From contig CAVOXA010000014.1 of the NCBI GenBank assembly GCA_963700285.1, positions 64,001 through 128,000 of the forward strand: a stretch of 64,000 bases of DNA, given 5' to 3'. This stretch comes from an uncultured Chloroflexia bacterium (GTDB taxonomy: Bacteria; Chloroflexota; Anaerolineae; JAAYZQ01). A program made the position numbers and the translations under genes. The notes under the pieces were generated by a model. It was not told the DNA's origin. It saw only the letters and a list, made by a program, of their open reading frames with translations, and did not search any database. Below, one piece after another: positions 10,933-21,222 of the stretch; position 1 is the first letter of the stretch, and each line of letters begins with the position of its first letter.

Positions 10933-12472
10933 CTAGTCGATGTTCAAAGCCTGTTCCATCTTGGCCAGGATCTGATCGATGCCAAAGCTGGCCGGCTTCA
11001 TGCGCGGCGGGAATTCCTGGAATGTGTCCAGGAACTGGCGAACCAGAAACTGCGCGGCGTAGGTGATGTAGGCGTGGTCGATCAACCAATCGAAGTAGGT
11101 GTTGGAGGTCACGTCCGCCCGCTCAAAGGGATCGGTGCGCAGGTTAAAGATTTTGGGGACACGCAGGAAGACGAAAGGCTCCATCCATATGGCGGCGGTC
11201 CCTGCATGCGCTGCTCGGCAAAGACGATCTTCCAGTTGTCGTAGCGTAAGCGCAACCAGGTCGCCATCATCGGAAAAGTAGACAAAACCAGGTCGCGGTC
11301 CTTTCTCCTCCTCACCCGGTAAAGTAGGGCAGGAAGTTGTAGCCGTCGACGTGCACTTTGAACTCTTTATCGCCGGCCTGGTGCCCCGTTTTCAGCTTCT
11401 CGACAATCTCCGGCTCGCCGGCGGCGGCCAGCAGGGTGGGCAGCCAGTCCTGGTGGGCGATGATCTCGTTGGACACGGTGCCGGTCTCGATCTTGCCCGG
11501 CCAGCGAACCATGGCCGGGACACGGAAAGCGCCTTCCCAATTGGAGTTCTTTTCGTTGCGAAAGGGAGTCATGGCCGCGTCGGGCCAGGAGTTCATGTGC
11601 GGGCCGTTGTCGGTCGAGTACATGACGATGGTGTCCTCGGCGATGCCCAGCTCGTCCAACAGGTCCAGCATCTGGCCCACCTGCTTGTCGTGCTCGACCA
11701 TGGCGTCGTGATAGTAGGATTGCCAGCGGCCAGCCTGACCGAGGATTTCCTGCGGTGGATGCACCCGGAAGTGCATCCAGGTGGTGTTCAGCCAGACAAA
11801 GAAGGGCTGGTCATCCTCGTGAGACCGGGTGATAAAGTCCTTGGCGGCGGCGACAAATTCGGTGTCGCAGGTCTCCATGCGCTTCTTGGTCAGTGGCCCG
11901 GTGTCCTCAATCCTCTGTTTGCCAACGCGGCCCCAGCGTGAATGCTCAGTTGGATCGTCCTCTTCGGTTGCCCAGGAGTGGATAACGCCCCGCGGGCCAA
12001 ACATCTTTTTGAAGTTGGGAAAGTCCTCCTCCGGCGGATAGTCGACGTTCTCCGGCTCTTCTTCGGCGTTTAGGTGATAGAGGTTGCCAAAAAACTCGTC
12101 AAAGCCGTGGGCGGTGGGCAGGTACTTGTTCTTGTCGCCAAAGTGGTTCTTGCCAAACTGGCCGGTGGCGTAGCCCAGCGGCTTGAGTAGCTCGGCGATG
12201 GTGGCATCCTCCGCCTGCAGGCCGATGTCGGCGCCGGGCATGCCGACCTTGGTCAGGCCGGTGCGGTAGGGGCTCTGCCCGGTGATAAAGGCCGCCCGGC
12301 CAGCCGTACAGCTCTGCTGGCCGTACGAGTCGGTGAAGCGCATGCCTTCGTCGGCGATGCGGTCGATGTTGGGGGTGCGGTAGCCCATCAACCCGTCGCT
12401 GTAGCAGCTCAGGTTGGTGATGCCGATGTCGTCCCCCCAGATGATCAGGATGTTCGGTTTCTTCTCAGCCAT
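10933..12472 (-). CDS. Arylsulfatase (Cys-type, formylglycine-dependent), C-terminal part frameshifted
   Basis: KPNILIIWGDDIG, SCTAGRAAFITG, GKNHFG, STDNG, WEGAFRVP; the C-terminus (IFNLRTDPFERA..FQEFPPR) is in other frames between 11312 and 10933. Confidence 0.9.
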
Positions 12473-12548
12473 TTCTCCCTCACTCTTTTTCTAGTCTGTT
12501 GGGGCAGCCTCCCTGGATCTGCCCCGATATTCGCGGAATCGCCTGCCA

Positions 12549-12878
12549 TCACCAGCTCGCGCCGGCTTTGGCACGTGGTCGCGGGTGCTGCACATGTTTG
12601 GCGCGACCTCTCTGGCCATGCCCGGGTCGCTTCCAGCCATGGCATTGTCCGAATCTGAGCCCGCTGCCACAGGGACAGGGATCCTCAGGTCTGGATCTGG
12701 CGAGCTTGGTTTGCCAGTCAGCCTCCTTTCCAGCCATGACGGCCATGACATCTGAGGCCCGACGGCCCATGCGCATAAATGTGGCAATGATCTGAATCGG
12801 CTCGTTGGCCCACCGGCAAAAGGCCTGCCAACCGGCGCATAGGTAGTTCAGACCATCCTCGCCGTCCTGCAGTCCCGC
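12549..12878 (-). pseudogene. C-terminal remnant of an anaerobic sulfatase maturase (anSME/AslB radical SAM) with SEC-C motif
   Basis: Translation AGLQDGEDGLNYLCAGWQAFCRWANEPIQIIATFMRMGR...EDPCPCGSGLRFGQCHG. The radical SAM core (CxxxCxxC) is absent; the frame begins right after the upstream gene's TGA. Confidence 0.7.
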
Positions 12879-14285
12879 TCACTTCCCCAAAACTTTCACA
12901 ATATCGTCCGGTTTCCAGGTCTGATCGAAGAAGGGGGCCAGCGGCCCGTACAGGCGGATGTAGGTAAACCAGCCCTTACCGGGAACGGTTTTGACCCAGT
13001 TCTTTTCCCTTCCAGCAGGGGCTTCCGGGCCAAAGAAGACGTCGTAGGAACCGTCCTCGTTCTGTTCAGGCTCGTCAAAGCTATTGATGCTGGGCTTGGG
13101 CATACCGTTTTGCAGCAGCGAGCGCGTCTTGGGATCGTATAACGTCACCGACCAGAAGTTGTTGATGGGAATATTCGGTGGCAGATGCAGCTTGTAGGTT
13201 TGGCTGCCATCCAGGTAATCACCATGAGCATCCACATAGGCACCCAGATACTGCGACCCGGCGCCCACGGTCTTATTGACCATGGCTGGGGTAACGCAAA
13301 TGGCGGTGAAGTGGAAGAGCGTCCTGGCATCCAGGTTTCGGACGCCGTTCTTCAAGAACTCATGGCTGCCGCCCACAAACATATATTCCCAGTTGCGGTC
13401 AGGATACACCCTTGCTTCCGGCTCACGCGATTGATAGGCAATCGCCCGGGCCATGCCAAAACCCGTTTTGGCGGCGGTATCGAGAATCTTCCGCATGCGC
13501 TCATCCGGGTCAAACTGCTTGCCCTTCTCGATGTCAAGCGCTCTTAACAGCCCCAATTGTTCCGTGCTAAAGGCTTCGGTGGGTTCGTATTGGATCACCT
13601 TGTCGAGATTGACAAAATACTGGAAATCATTGGGGTGGATGGTATCTGCCGGTAAGCTCCCGGCATTGATAATATTGGGCTTTCTGGGGCCGTTTTTTAA
13701 CGGATAGACCGCACAATGATCGCCATACCATTTGATGGCCTGCTCACCCATGCCGCTGATTAGTTGGCTGGCACGCGCCATGACCCACACTCTATAGGTG
13801 CGCGAATGCGCGACAAAATACCCTTCCGGCACTTCGCCTTCATATTCTGGCGGCAGCAGCAGGTATTTGCCCCCTTGCCCTTTATCCGGGCCAACCATGC
13901 CAAAATCAATGATATACCGGAAATAGGCATCGTTGGCCATCCCCAAAACCTGAGGGGGGATTTCAACAACCGTGGGGCCATCTTTCTTGAGGTCAACATT
14001 ACAGGCAAAATAAACGCTTTCCGTATTGCCGGTCAAAACCAGCGGGGTGGCGGTCAGCAAATCGGCGGCCACAGCCAGGTCAGAACATTCCTTACACCCC
14101 CAGCCTTTTTCCTGCCCTTCAAGCAGGGAATACATCGACATCGCCGGCATAAAATCAAGGTAAGCCTGGCAGGCGCGCTGAAAATCGAGCGCATCGAACA
14201 GTTTCTGGGCGGTCTCTTGGGTGGGATACCCATCCAGCACAAATTCAAAATCGCCAATCGGTGTGGTTAGTTGTTCTACATTCAA
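12879..14285 (-). CDS. DUF1254/DUF1214 domain protein
   Basis: LTGNTESVY, GPTVVEIP, GPDKGQGGKYLLLPP, FWSVTLYD, NWVKTVPGKGWF.Y.RLYGP; TTG start with GAGGAG SD. Confidence 0.85.
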   Translation of the reverse strand: MNVEQLTTPIGDFEFVLDGYPTQETAQKLFDALDFQRACQAYLDFMPAMSMYSLLEGQEKGWGCKECSDLAVAADLLTATPLVLTGNTESVYFACNVDLKKDGPTVVEIPPQVLGMANDAYFRYIIDFGMVGPDKGQGGKYLLLPPEYEGEVPEGYFVAHSRTYRVWVMARASQLISGMGEQAIKWYGDHCAVYPLKNGPRKPNIINAGSLPADTIHPNDFQYFVNLDKVIQYEPTEAFSTEQLGLLRALDIEKGKQFDPDERMRKILDTAAKTGFGMARAIAYQSREPEARVYPDRNWEYMFVGGSHEFLKNGVRNLDARTLFHFTAICVTPAMVNKTVGAGSQYLGAYVDAHGDYLDGSQTYKLHLPPNIPINNFWSVTLYDPKTRSLLQNGMPKPSINSFDEPEQNEDGSYDVFFGPEAPAGREKNWVKTVPGKGWFTYIRLYGPLAPFFDQTWKPDDIVKVLGK

Positions 14286-14318
14286 AATACACTCTCCTCA
14301 TCTCGTTTTGATTCTCTT

Positions 14319-14354
14319 CTGGACAGGCAGACCTTCAAAGACCTGCCTGTCCAG
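14319..14354. terminator. Intergenic stem-loop
   Basis: 12-bp perfect inverted repeat CTGGACAGGCAG / CTGCCTGTCCAG between the arylsulfatase and DUF1254 genes. Confidence 0.5.
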
Positions 14355-14377
14355 GTTATCTTATTTGTGGTGCCAGT

Positions 14378-16732
14378 TTACTGCCTTGCCATGATGACGC
14401 GCATCTCGGCTTCGCTATCTTCGATCACATCTCCGCTGACGTCAAACGTCACGCTGTGGATCGTGCCGCTGAATTCGAAGGGCGGCTCGTAAAAAGGAGC
14501 GACCGGCGCGCCAGGATCCGCGCCGACGGTGATCCCTCCCGTCAGCCCCAGGCTGAAGGGCGTCGTGTGGGGGAAATCGGCCTGACCGACGAGCTTGCCG
14601 TCGATGTAGAGCTGCGCGCGGCCGGGAGTGCCCTTCCCGTTGGCAAAGTCCGGATTGCCGGTCACTTCGAACTCGAAGCGCAGTTCGTGCTGCCCGGCCG
14701 GGACCGGGACGGTGCTCTCCACGTGGAGGTAGTCGCGGGCGACGTAATTTTGGACATACTGCAGCTTGTTATGTTGTACATAGAAGGAATAACCGCCATC
14801 GACGCCTCCAAAGGAAACCAAGGCGCCTTGCGCACCGCCGGAGGGGATCTCCACATCCGCGGTGATGCTGTGCGTACGGTTGAGCAAGCGCGGGCCGGCG
14901 TTAAAGGGCACAGCCTGCGTGTGGGGGTAGAACGTATAGCGGGTGCGGTCCTTGGTGATCTGGGGCCGTTCGTCGGCCATGCGCAGCATGCCGCGGCCAT
15001 CCACCGGCAATACATGGTATTTGCCCGCTTCGACATACCAGGTAGCGATCATCTCGATCAGCTTGGCGCGGTTCCCTTCGGCGATGTTATGGTTTTCGGC
15101 AAAATCCTCTGCCACGTGGTAGAGTTCCCAGCCTTTGGCATCCAGCTCGGTCAATCTCTCGGCGGGGATGGGATCGCCAAAGCCGGTACCTGCTTCCGTG
15201 AAGGATGGTCCGGGCCAGGGGCAGACTGCCCGCCAGCCATTGTGATAGATGGAACGGTGCCCGAGCATTTCAAAGTACTGGGTGTGATGCTTGCCCTCCG
15301 CCTGGGCATCGTCAAGGGTGTGCGCAAAGCTGACCCCTTCAATCGGGGATTGGGCCACGCCCTTGATGCTGGCGGGTGGTTCGATCCCCAGAAGATCCAG
15401 CACGGTGGGCATCATATCGATGGCATGCGCATATTGGCTGCGTACTCCATCCCTGGTTTTCAAGCCCCTGGGAAAGTGCACAATGAAGGGATCGCTGATC
15501 CCACCACGGTAGGTCTCACGCTTCCAGCGGCGGAAGGGGGTGTTGCCCGCCCAGGTCCAGCCCCAGGGATAATGGTTGAAGGTGGTGGGATCGCCAAGCG
15601 CATCGATCTGTTCGAGGTTGGTCTGCAGATCTTCTTTGACGTTATTGAAGAACAGGTTTTCGTTGACTGAGCCGGTCGGTCCTCCCTCGGAGGAGGCCCC
15701 GTTGTCGGAGATCAACATGATCAGGGTGTTCTCGAACTCGCCGATCGATTTCAGAAAGTCAAAAAGCCGGCCCATGTGGAAATCGGTGTGTTCCAGGAAA
15801 CCGGCAAAGACCTCCATCATGTGGGCATACAGCCGTTTCTCGTCGGCCGAAAGCGTGTCCCATGGGGCGACATCGGGATCATGGCGGGAAAGCTCAGCAT
15901 CCGCAGGGACGAGGCCCATCTCTTTCTGGCGGGCAAAGGTCCGTTCGCGGAAGACATCCCAGCCCTCATCGAATTGTCCTTTGTACTTGTCGGACCATTC
16001 CTTGCGCACGTGATGGGGGGCATGCATGGCGCCGGGAGCAAAATACATGAAGAAGGGTTTATCAGGCGCCACCTGCTTGGCATCGGCGACGAAACTGATC
16101 GCTTTGTCCACCAGGTCCTCGGTGAGGTGGTAGCCCTCTTCGGGTGTCCTGGGAGGCTCCACCTGGTGGTTGTCAGAGACCAGCTCGGGGTAATACTGGT
16201 GGGTCTCGCCGCCCATGAAACCGTAGTAACGCTCGAAACCGCGTCCCAACGGCCAGCGGTCATACGGGCCGGCAGCCGATATCTGGTCGGCCGGCGTCAG
16301 GTGCCATTTGCCAACGGCATAGGTGTTGTATCCATTGGCCAGCAGGATTTCCGAGAGGAAACCATTCTCGAACGGGATATTGGCGTTGTACCCGGGGAAG
16401 CCGGTCGAGCCTTCGGTGATGCAGGCCATGGCGTTGGAGTGGTGGTTGCGCCCGGTCAGGATGCAGGAACGTGTGGGTGAGCATAAGGCCGTGGTATGCA
16501 TATTACTGAAGCGCACCCCGTTTTCTGCCAGGGCATCCATGTTGGGAGTCTTGATCGGGCTGCCGTAGCAGCCAAGTTGCCCAAAGCCGACGTCATCCAG
16601 GACAATGAAAAGGACGTTCGACGCCCCCTCTTTGGCGCGCTTTGGCTCCGGCCAAGCTGACTCAGAGGTGTCGAACGTGCGCCCGACAACGCCGTTGAAG
16701 GTGGTTCCAGGTTTGTATTCTTTAAGCGACAT
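14378..16732 (-). CDS. Arylsulfatase (AtsA-like, Cys-type) with C-terminal LamG-like domain
   Basis: NVLFIVLDDVG, LCSPTRSCILTG, GKWHL, SDNGAS, GGISDPFIVH; 784 aa, intact; AAGGAG SD. Confidence 0.92.
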   Translation of the reverse strand: MSLKEYKPGTTFNGVVGRTFDTSESAWPEPKRAKEGASNVLFIVLDDVGFGQLGCYGSPIKTPNMDALAENGVRFSNMHTTALCSPTRSCILTGRNHHSNAMACITEGSTGFPGYNANIPFENGFLSEILLANGYNTYAVGKWHLTPADQISAAGPYDRWPLGRGFERYYGFMGGETHQYYPELVSDNHQVEPPRTPEEGYHLTEDLVDKAISFVADAKQVAPDKPFFMYFAPGAMHAPHHVRKEWSDKYKGQFDEGWDVFRERTFARQKEMGLVPADAELSRHDPDVAPWDTLSADEKRLYAHMMEVFAGFLEHTDFHMGRLFDFLKSIGEFENTLIMLISDNGASSEGGPTGSVNENLFFNNVKEDLQTNLEQIDALGDPTTFNHYPWGWTWAGNTPFRRWKRETYRGGISDPFIVHFPRGLKTRDGVRSQYAHAIDMMPTVLDLLGIEPPASIKGVAQSPIEGVSFAHTLDDAQAEGKHHTQYFEMLGHRSIYHNGWRAVCPWPGPSFTEAGTGFGDPIPAERLTELDAKGWELYHVAEDFAENHNIAEGNRAKLIEMIATWYVEAGKYHVLPVDGRGMLRMADERPQITKDRTRYTFYPHTQAVPFNAGPRLLNRTHSITADVEIPSGGAQGALVSFGGVDGGYSFYVQHNKLQYVQNYVARDYLHVESTVPVPAGQHELRFEFEVTGNPDFANGKGTPGRAQLYIDGKLVGQADFPHTTPFSLGLTGGITVGADPGAPVAPFYEPPFEFSGTIHSVTFDVSGDVIEDSEAEMRVIMARQ

Positions 16733-17065
16733 AGGATTCTCTCCTTATGAAAGTTTACCCGGCTGCCTGTCCACCCAAGACCGGCAGCTGGACGTGAGAC
16801 CTCACGCGCAGGGATACAGCAAGTGTTCCATACTGCGCAAGACCAGAGTGCGGCCCGGTCACATGAAGCGGCTTGTTCACTGGTCAGTCCACCAGCTCCA
16901 CATCGGGCATCATGAACGTCCCTCGATATTGGCGACTCACCTTCCTTTCGTTCTGCTAGCTGTCTTGGGTTTCGTGTGACGTTTTGTCCTGCGCCTGAAC
17001 ACTCACGGCCAGCCAGGACGCGGCCGAACAGCCAATTGGACAGCTTGGCCTGATTCCTCCAACAA

Positions 17066-17124
17066 ATTATATTCGATTGTTTGAGGGAAGACAAACCCCA
17101 AAATGGAGTAGATTTGCAGTATCT
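17066..17124 (-). promoter_or_regulatory. Sigma70-like promoter with conserved upstream operator (copy B)
   Basis: Minus strand reads AGATACTgcaAATCTACTcCATTtTGGGGt-TTGTCT-N17-TATAAT, 25 bp after the LuxR gene stop and upstream of the arylsulfatase operon. Confidence 0.75.
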
Positions 17125-17149
17125 CGATGGAAAGAACGGGGAAAGGGCC

Positions 17150-19897
17150 CTATTCGGGGGGAAGAATACCCAACGCTCTGGCTTTGCGGACGGCCTGCCG
17201 CCGGCCGGCGACTTGCAGCTTGCCGTAGAGGTTACTGGTATGTTTTCTCACGGTATGGGGCGAGATGTGCAACGCCTGGGCGATTTCCTTGTCCGACAAT
17301 CGCCGGGCCAGCAGCTCGAGGATCTCTTGCTCGCGGTTCGTCAGAGACTCGACGATCTCCAGTTGGGCTGTTTGATCAAGCCGCTGCGCAGGTCGCCCCA
17401 GCGGTGAAGGGGCAAAGGCGGCCAGGATCCGCCCGATGTAGTTGGGCTCGCTCTCAAACTCTGCAAGCCGGGAAAGGAGGGGGACCATCGCCGGGCCAAG
17501 GTCCACGAAAACGCGGAGGTAGCCGCCGGGTTGTGCCAGCTCCAGCGACTGCCGCAACAGATCCAGCGCCTTTGGGCCGTCTCCCTGCGCGTCGCAAACC
17601 AGCGCCTGGAGGGCCAAGAGCTCGATGGTGTGGGGGGTGCTGTGTACGCCTCGCGCGATCTCTACGATTTCTTCCAGAATCTGGCTGGCCTGCTGCAGGC
17701 TGTCCCTCGTCCCCTGGGCGATCAGCACCCGGGCCAGCGTCACGCGCGGGACTTCGGGGAACAGCGTGCGGGCGGGCAAGTCTTCCAGGGTTACGCCCCG
17801 CGCCCAGCGTAGGGCCGCTGCCAGATCTCCTTGCAGCAAGGCCAGACGCGCCTGGAAGGCGCGCGCCTCTACCATCTGTACGGGTTGGCGAATCTCCAGG
17901 GCGAAGCCCAGGCTTTGCTCTGCCACCTGCGTGGCCGCCTCGGGGCGGCCCTGGGCCTGGTAGGTCAGGGCCAGGCCCAGCAGACACGCCTGGCTTGCTG
18001 CGGCGTTGGCCAGGTAGGGATGTTCCGTCACCGCCGAAAAGTGCGCCGCCGCCTCCGCCAGCCTGTTCTGCTGATAGCACGCTTGTCCCGAGATCAAGTG
18101 GGCCCAGGGCCTACTGAGCGCCAACGGTTTCTCCGGGGACAGCTTCAGGAGCCTTGACGCCATCTGTTCCTGCAGGCGCAAATCGCCGGACAGATAGTAG
18201 ATGACGACCAGGCCAAGCAGCATTCGCGCGGTGAAAAGGTCCTCCCTGGCCTCATCGCTGGCCAGCGCTTCTTCCAGGATGCGTATGCCCGTCTGCGCCT
18301 GGCCCGTCATCTGGTAGCCCCACGCCAAGTACTCGAGGAACATGCTCCGTACATAGACGAGCGCGGCCGGGAGGCGCTCCCTCGCCCGCTGGGCGCATTC
18401 CAGACATCGCCGTCCATCGCCACGCGCAAACCAGAGCGCGCTCCACAGAGTGTCGATCTCGCCACGCAGGATCTGACGCTCGGCTTCGGTTGTCGCTTCC
18501 GCATCACGAGAGATCAGTTCCTCGGCCGTTTGCAGAAGAGGAGGCATGGTTGCGTACTGCCAGCGCCACTGCTGGTGCCAGGCCCGCGCCAGCAGCAAGC
18601 CTGGGCGCTGGTGGACCACCTCCTGGGGCAACCTGTCCAACCAACGTACCAGGGCGTGCCAATCTTCTCGATTCAGCAAGGCGTGCCGATGCTGTTCGAC
18701 GAGCCGGGCCGCTCTCGGCGCATCGCCCGCGGCCAGGGCGTGGTGCATCGCCTCTTCGATCAGCCCTTCTGCGGCGAACCAGTCACTGGCCCGGACGTGG
18801 AGAGAGGCCACCACCTCCTCACTGCCTGACTCCGGAGCGCAGCTTGTGCTGCAATAGCTCCTGGAACAGGTGATGGTAACGGTACCAGGCTCCGTTCGTC
18901 GTCGAGAGGCACCAGAAAGAGGATGGCCTGCTCCATCCATTCCAGCGCTTCCCGAGTTCCACCGGCAGGCGCGCGGCCGTTCACGCTACAGATCGCGATC
19001 GAGCAGCGCGTCGAGAAGCGAGGCGCAGAAGCGCTCGAGGATCGAGGAGCGTAACAGGACCTCCTGGACAGCCTGGGGTTGGTGGGAGAGCACTTCGGTC
19101 AACAAATAGTCCGTCACGTGACGGTCACTGCCCGCCAGGTTTCTTGTCAGAGCAGTCAACTCACCGCCATCGCGCAGCGACAACGCCGCCAGCCGCAGGC
19201 CCACGATCCAGCCCTCGGTGCGTTGTTCCAGGATGGCTAGCGACTCAGCATCCACCTCGAGCCCCATGCACTGCCGAAAAAAGTCCCGGACTTCGTCCGG
19301 CGTGAGCTGCAGATCTCCGGAGCGTAGCTCCAGCATCTTCTGCCCGGCACGCAGGGCCGGAAGGGGCAATGAGGGATCGACACGCGTGATCAGGACCAGG
19401 CACAGGGTGCGGGGCACTGAGTCCACGAGTGTCTCGACGAACTGGTGCACGGGCGGGCTCTGGACACGGTGGTAATCGTCCAATACAAGAACGAATGCCT
19501 GAGGCACCTCGCCAAGTTCATTGACGAGCATGGTGGCCAGGTACGCCACCGGAGGCAATTGCGGTGCCTGGAGCAAGGCCCACGTCTCTGGACAGGCATC
19601 GGGGTACAGCGTGCGGATGGCAGCAATCAGGTAGCGAAGAAAGGTCGGCAGGTCGCTGTCCTCCTCGCGGAGAGACAGCCAGGCCGCCGGGCAGCCACAG
19701 GCCTCCAGCCATTGGCTGACCAGGGTCGTCTTGCCAAAACCGGCAGGCGCTGAGACCAGGACCAACCCGCGGTCCAGCCCGCGATTCAGCCGGCTCTCCA
19801 GCCGGGGCCGCCGGACCAATTGCGGAGGAATTCGCGGTCTGTGTAGCTTGGTCCGCAGTAGAAGAACAGGTTCGGTAGGTAGATCGGGTGTCCCCAC
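17150..19897 (-). CDS. MalT-like (STAND ATPase + TPR + LuxR HTH) transcriptional regulator, frameshifted at about 18850-18990
   Basis: TKLHRP, Walker A APAGFGKTT, LVLDDYH, TEGW; the conserved LFLVPLDD..WYRYHHLF is spread over three frames; C-terminal LTNREQEIL..SDKEIA..TVRKHTSNLYGKL. Confidence 0.9.
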
Positions 19898-20334
19898 TGC
19901 CTCGTGTCTCCTGAATGTCAGCGATCTCGCCCGAGGAGATTATACCATACCATTGATGTTTCATGCCAATACACGAGGGCGGGAGGGCAAATCCAAACTT
20001 CCTGTCATGAAGGATAATGCTGGAAGAACACCGGCAGGGTATTGGCTGGTAACCCAGAGAGGTGTGCCGAAGACCAGTTGGGGGTGACCGCCGCTCCGAG
20101 AGCAAGTCTCTCATTGCGAACTAGGTCAATTGTTGATCGGTTCTGTGGTCAACCGTAGGGAAGTATTGTTACAGGCAGTTCAGACCTGCCACGGGCTCTG
20201 ATGCGACGCCTGGCCTGATTGCATTCCGGGTTGTTTGCGGTGCATTGCCCGCTACCAGCTTATGGCTGGTGCCGGGCTCGTAGTTCTGGACCACCTCTGT
20301 CCAGTGCCACGCCCCCGATTCCTCACACCGGGCC

Positions 20335-20363
20335 TTGCTCTCTGTCTCCAAGGATGGTATAAT
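20335..20363 (+). promoter_or_regulatory. Sigma70-like promoter
   Basis: TTGCTC-N17-TATAAT with extended TG, upstream of the methyltransferase. Confidence 0.55.
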
Positions 20364-20423
20364 CACGGTAACCAAAGCCCCACTTGCCCGGCGATTCGCG
20401 TTGCCTGGAACAAGGAGTCTGGA

Positions 20424-21212
20424 ATGGATCACAGGGAGGTCGGTCGCTTCTGGAATGGCAATGCCGAGGTCTGGACCAGGCTCTCCAGGGCGGGCTATGA
20501 CACCTACCGCGATCACCTGAACACCCCCGCCTTCCTGGACCTACTGCCCGGCGTGTCCGGCCAACGCGGCCTGGACATCGGCTGCGGCGAGGGGTACAAT
20601 GCCAGGCTGCTGGCCCGGCAGGGAGCGCGGCTGGCGGCCATCGACGTGGCCAGCGTTTTTGTCAGCCATGCCCGCCAGGCCGAGGTCCAGGAGCCCCTGG
20701 GCATCGGCTACAACGTGGCTAGCGCCGTGGAGTCGCCCTTCCCCGACGGGACCTTTGATTTTGCCACTGCGTTCATGAGCCTCATGGACATCCCCGAGAC
20801 CGGCTCTGTCATCGCCGAGGCGTATCGCGTCCTGAAGCCCGGCGGCTTCCTCCAGTTCTCCATCAGCCACCCCTGCTTTGACACACCCCACCGCCGCAAT
20901 CTGCGCGATGATCGTGGCAGGACCTACGCCATCGAGGTCGGCGACTATTTCCAGAACCTGGAAGGCCACGTTAGCGAGTGGATTTTTAGTGCCGCGCCAG
21001 AGAAAGAGATCGCGGGGCTGCCCTTGTTCAAGACGCCGCGCTTCACCCGCACCCTGAGCCAGTGGCTGAATCTCCTCATCGATACCGGCTTCAGTCTCGA
21101 GCGGCTCGGCGAGCCACGGCCCAGCGATGCGCTTGTTCGGGAACATCCCAACCTGCAGGACGCCCAGGTTGTCGCCTATTTTCTGATCGTGCGAGCCAGA
21201 AAACCCGTTTGA
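20424..21212 (+). CDS. Class I SAM-dependent methyltransferase
   Basis: LDIGCGEG, FPDGTFDF, RVLKPGG, FSISHPCF; ATG at 20424 with AAGGAG SD. Confidence 0.88.
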   Translation: MDHREVGRFWNGNAEVWTRLSRAGYDTYRDHLNTPAFLDLLPGVSGQRGLDIGCGEGYNARLLARQGARLAAIDVASVFVSHARQAEVQEPLGIGYNVASAVESPFPDGTFDFATAFMSLMDIPETGSVIAEAYRVLKPGGFLQFSISHPCFDTPHRRNLRDDRGRTYAIEVGDYFQNLEGHVSEWIFSAAPEKEIAGLPLFKTPRFTRTLSQWLNLLIDTGFSLERLGEPRPSDALVREHPNLQDAQVVAYFLIVRARKPV

Positions 21213-21222
21213 GGAGAGCCCC

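Noticed and set aside
12879-12881. In-frame TGA as a selenocysteine codon
   Set aside because: It falls at the normal C-terminus of DUF1214 proteins, not at a Cys-equivalent position, and no SECIS could be identified by eye.
18850-18990. Programmed frameshifting in the MalT-like gene and the other split genes
   Set aside because: Several indels fall within about 150 bp and no slippery motifs are evident; sequencing error or decay is simpler.
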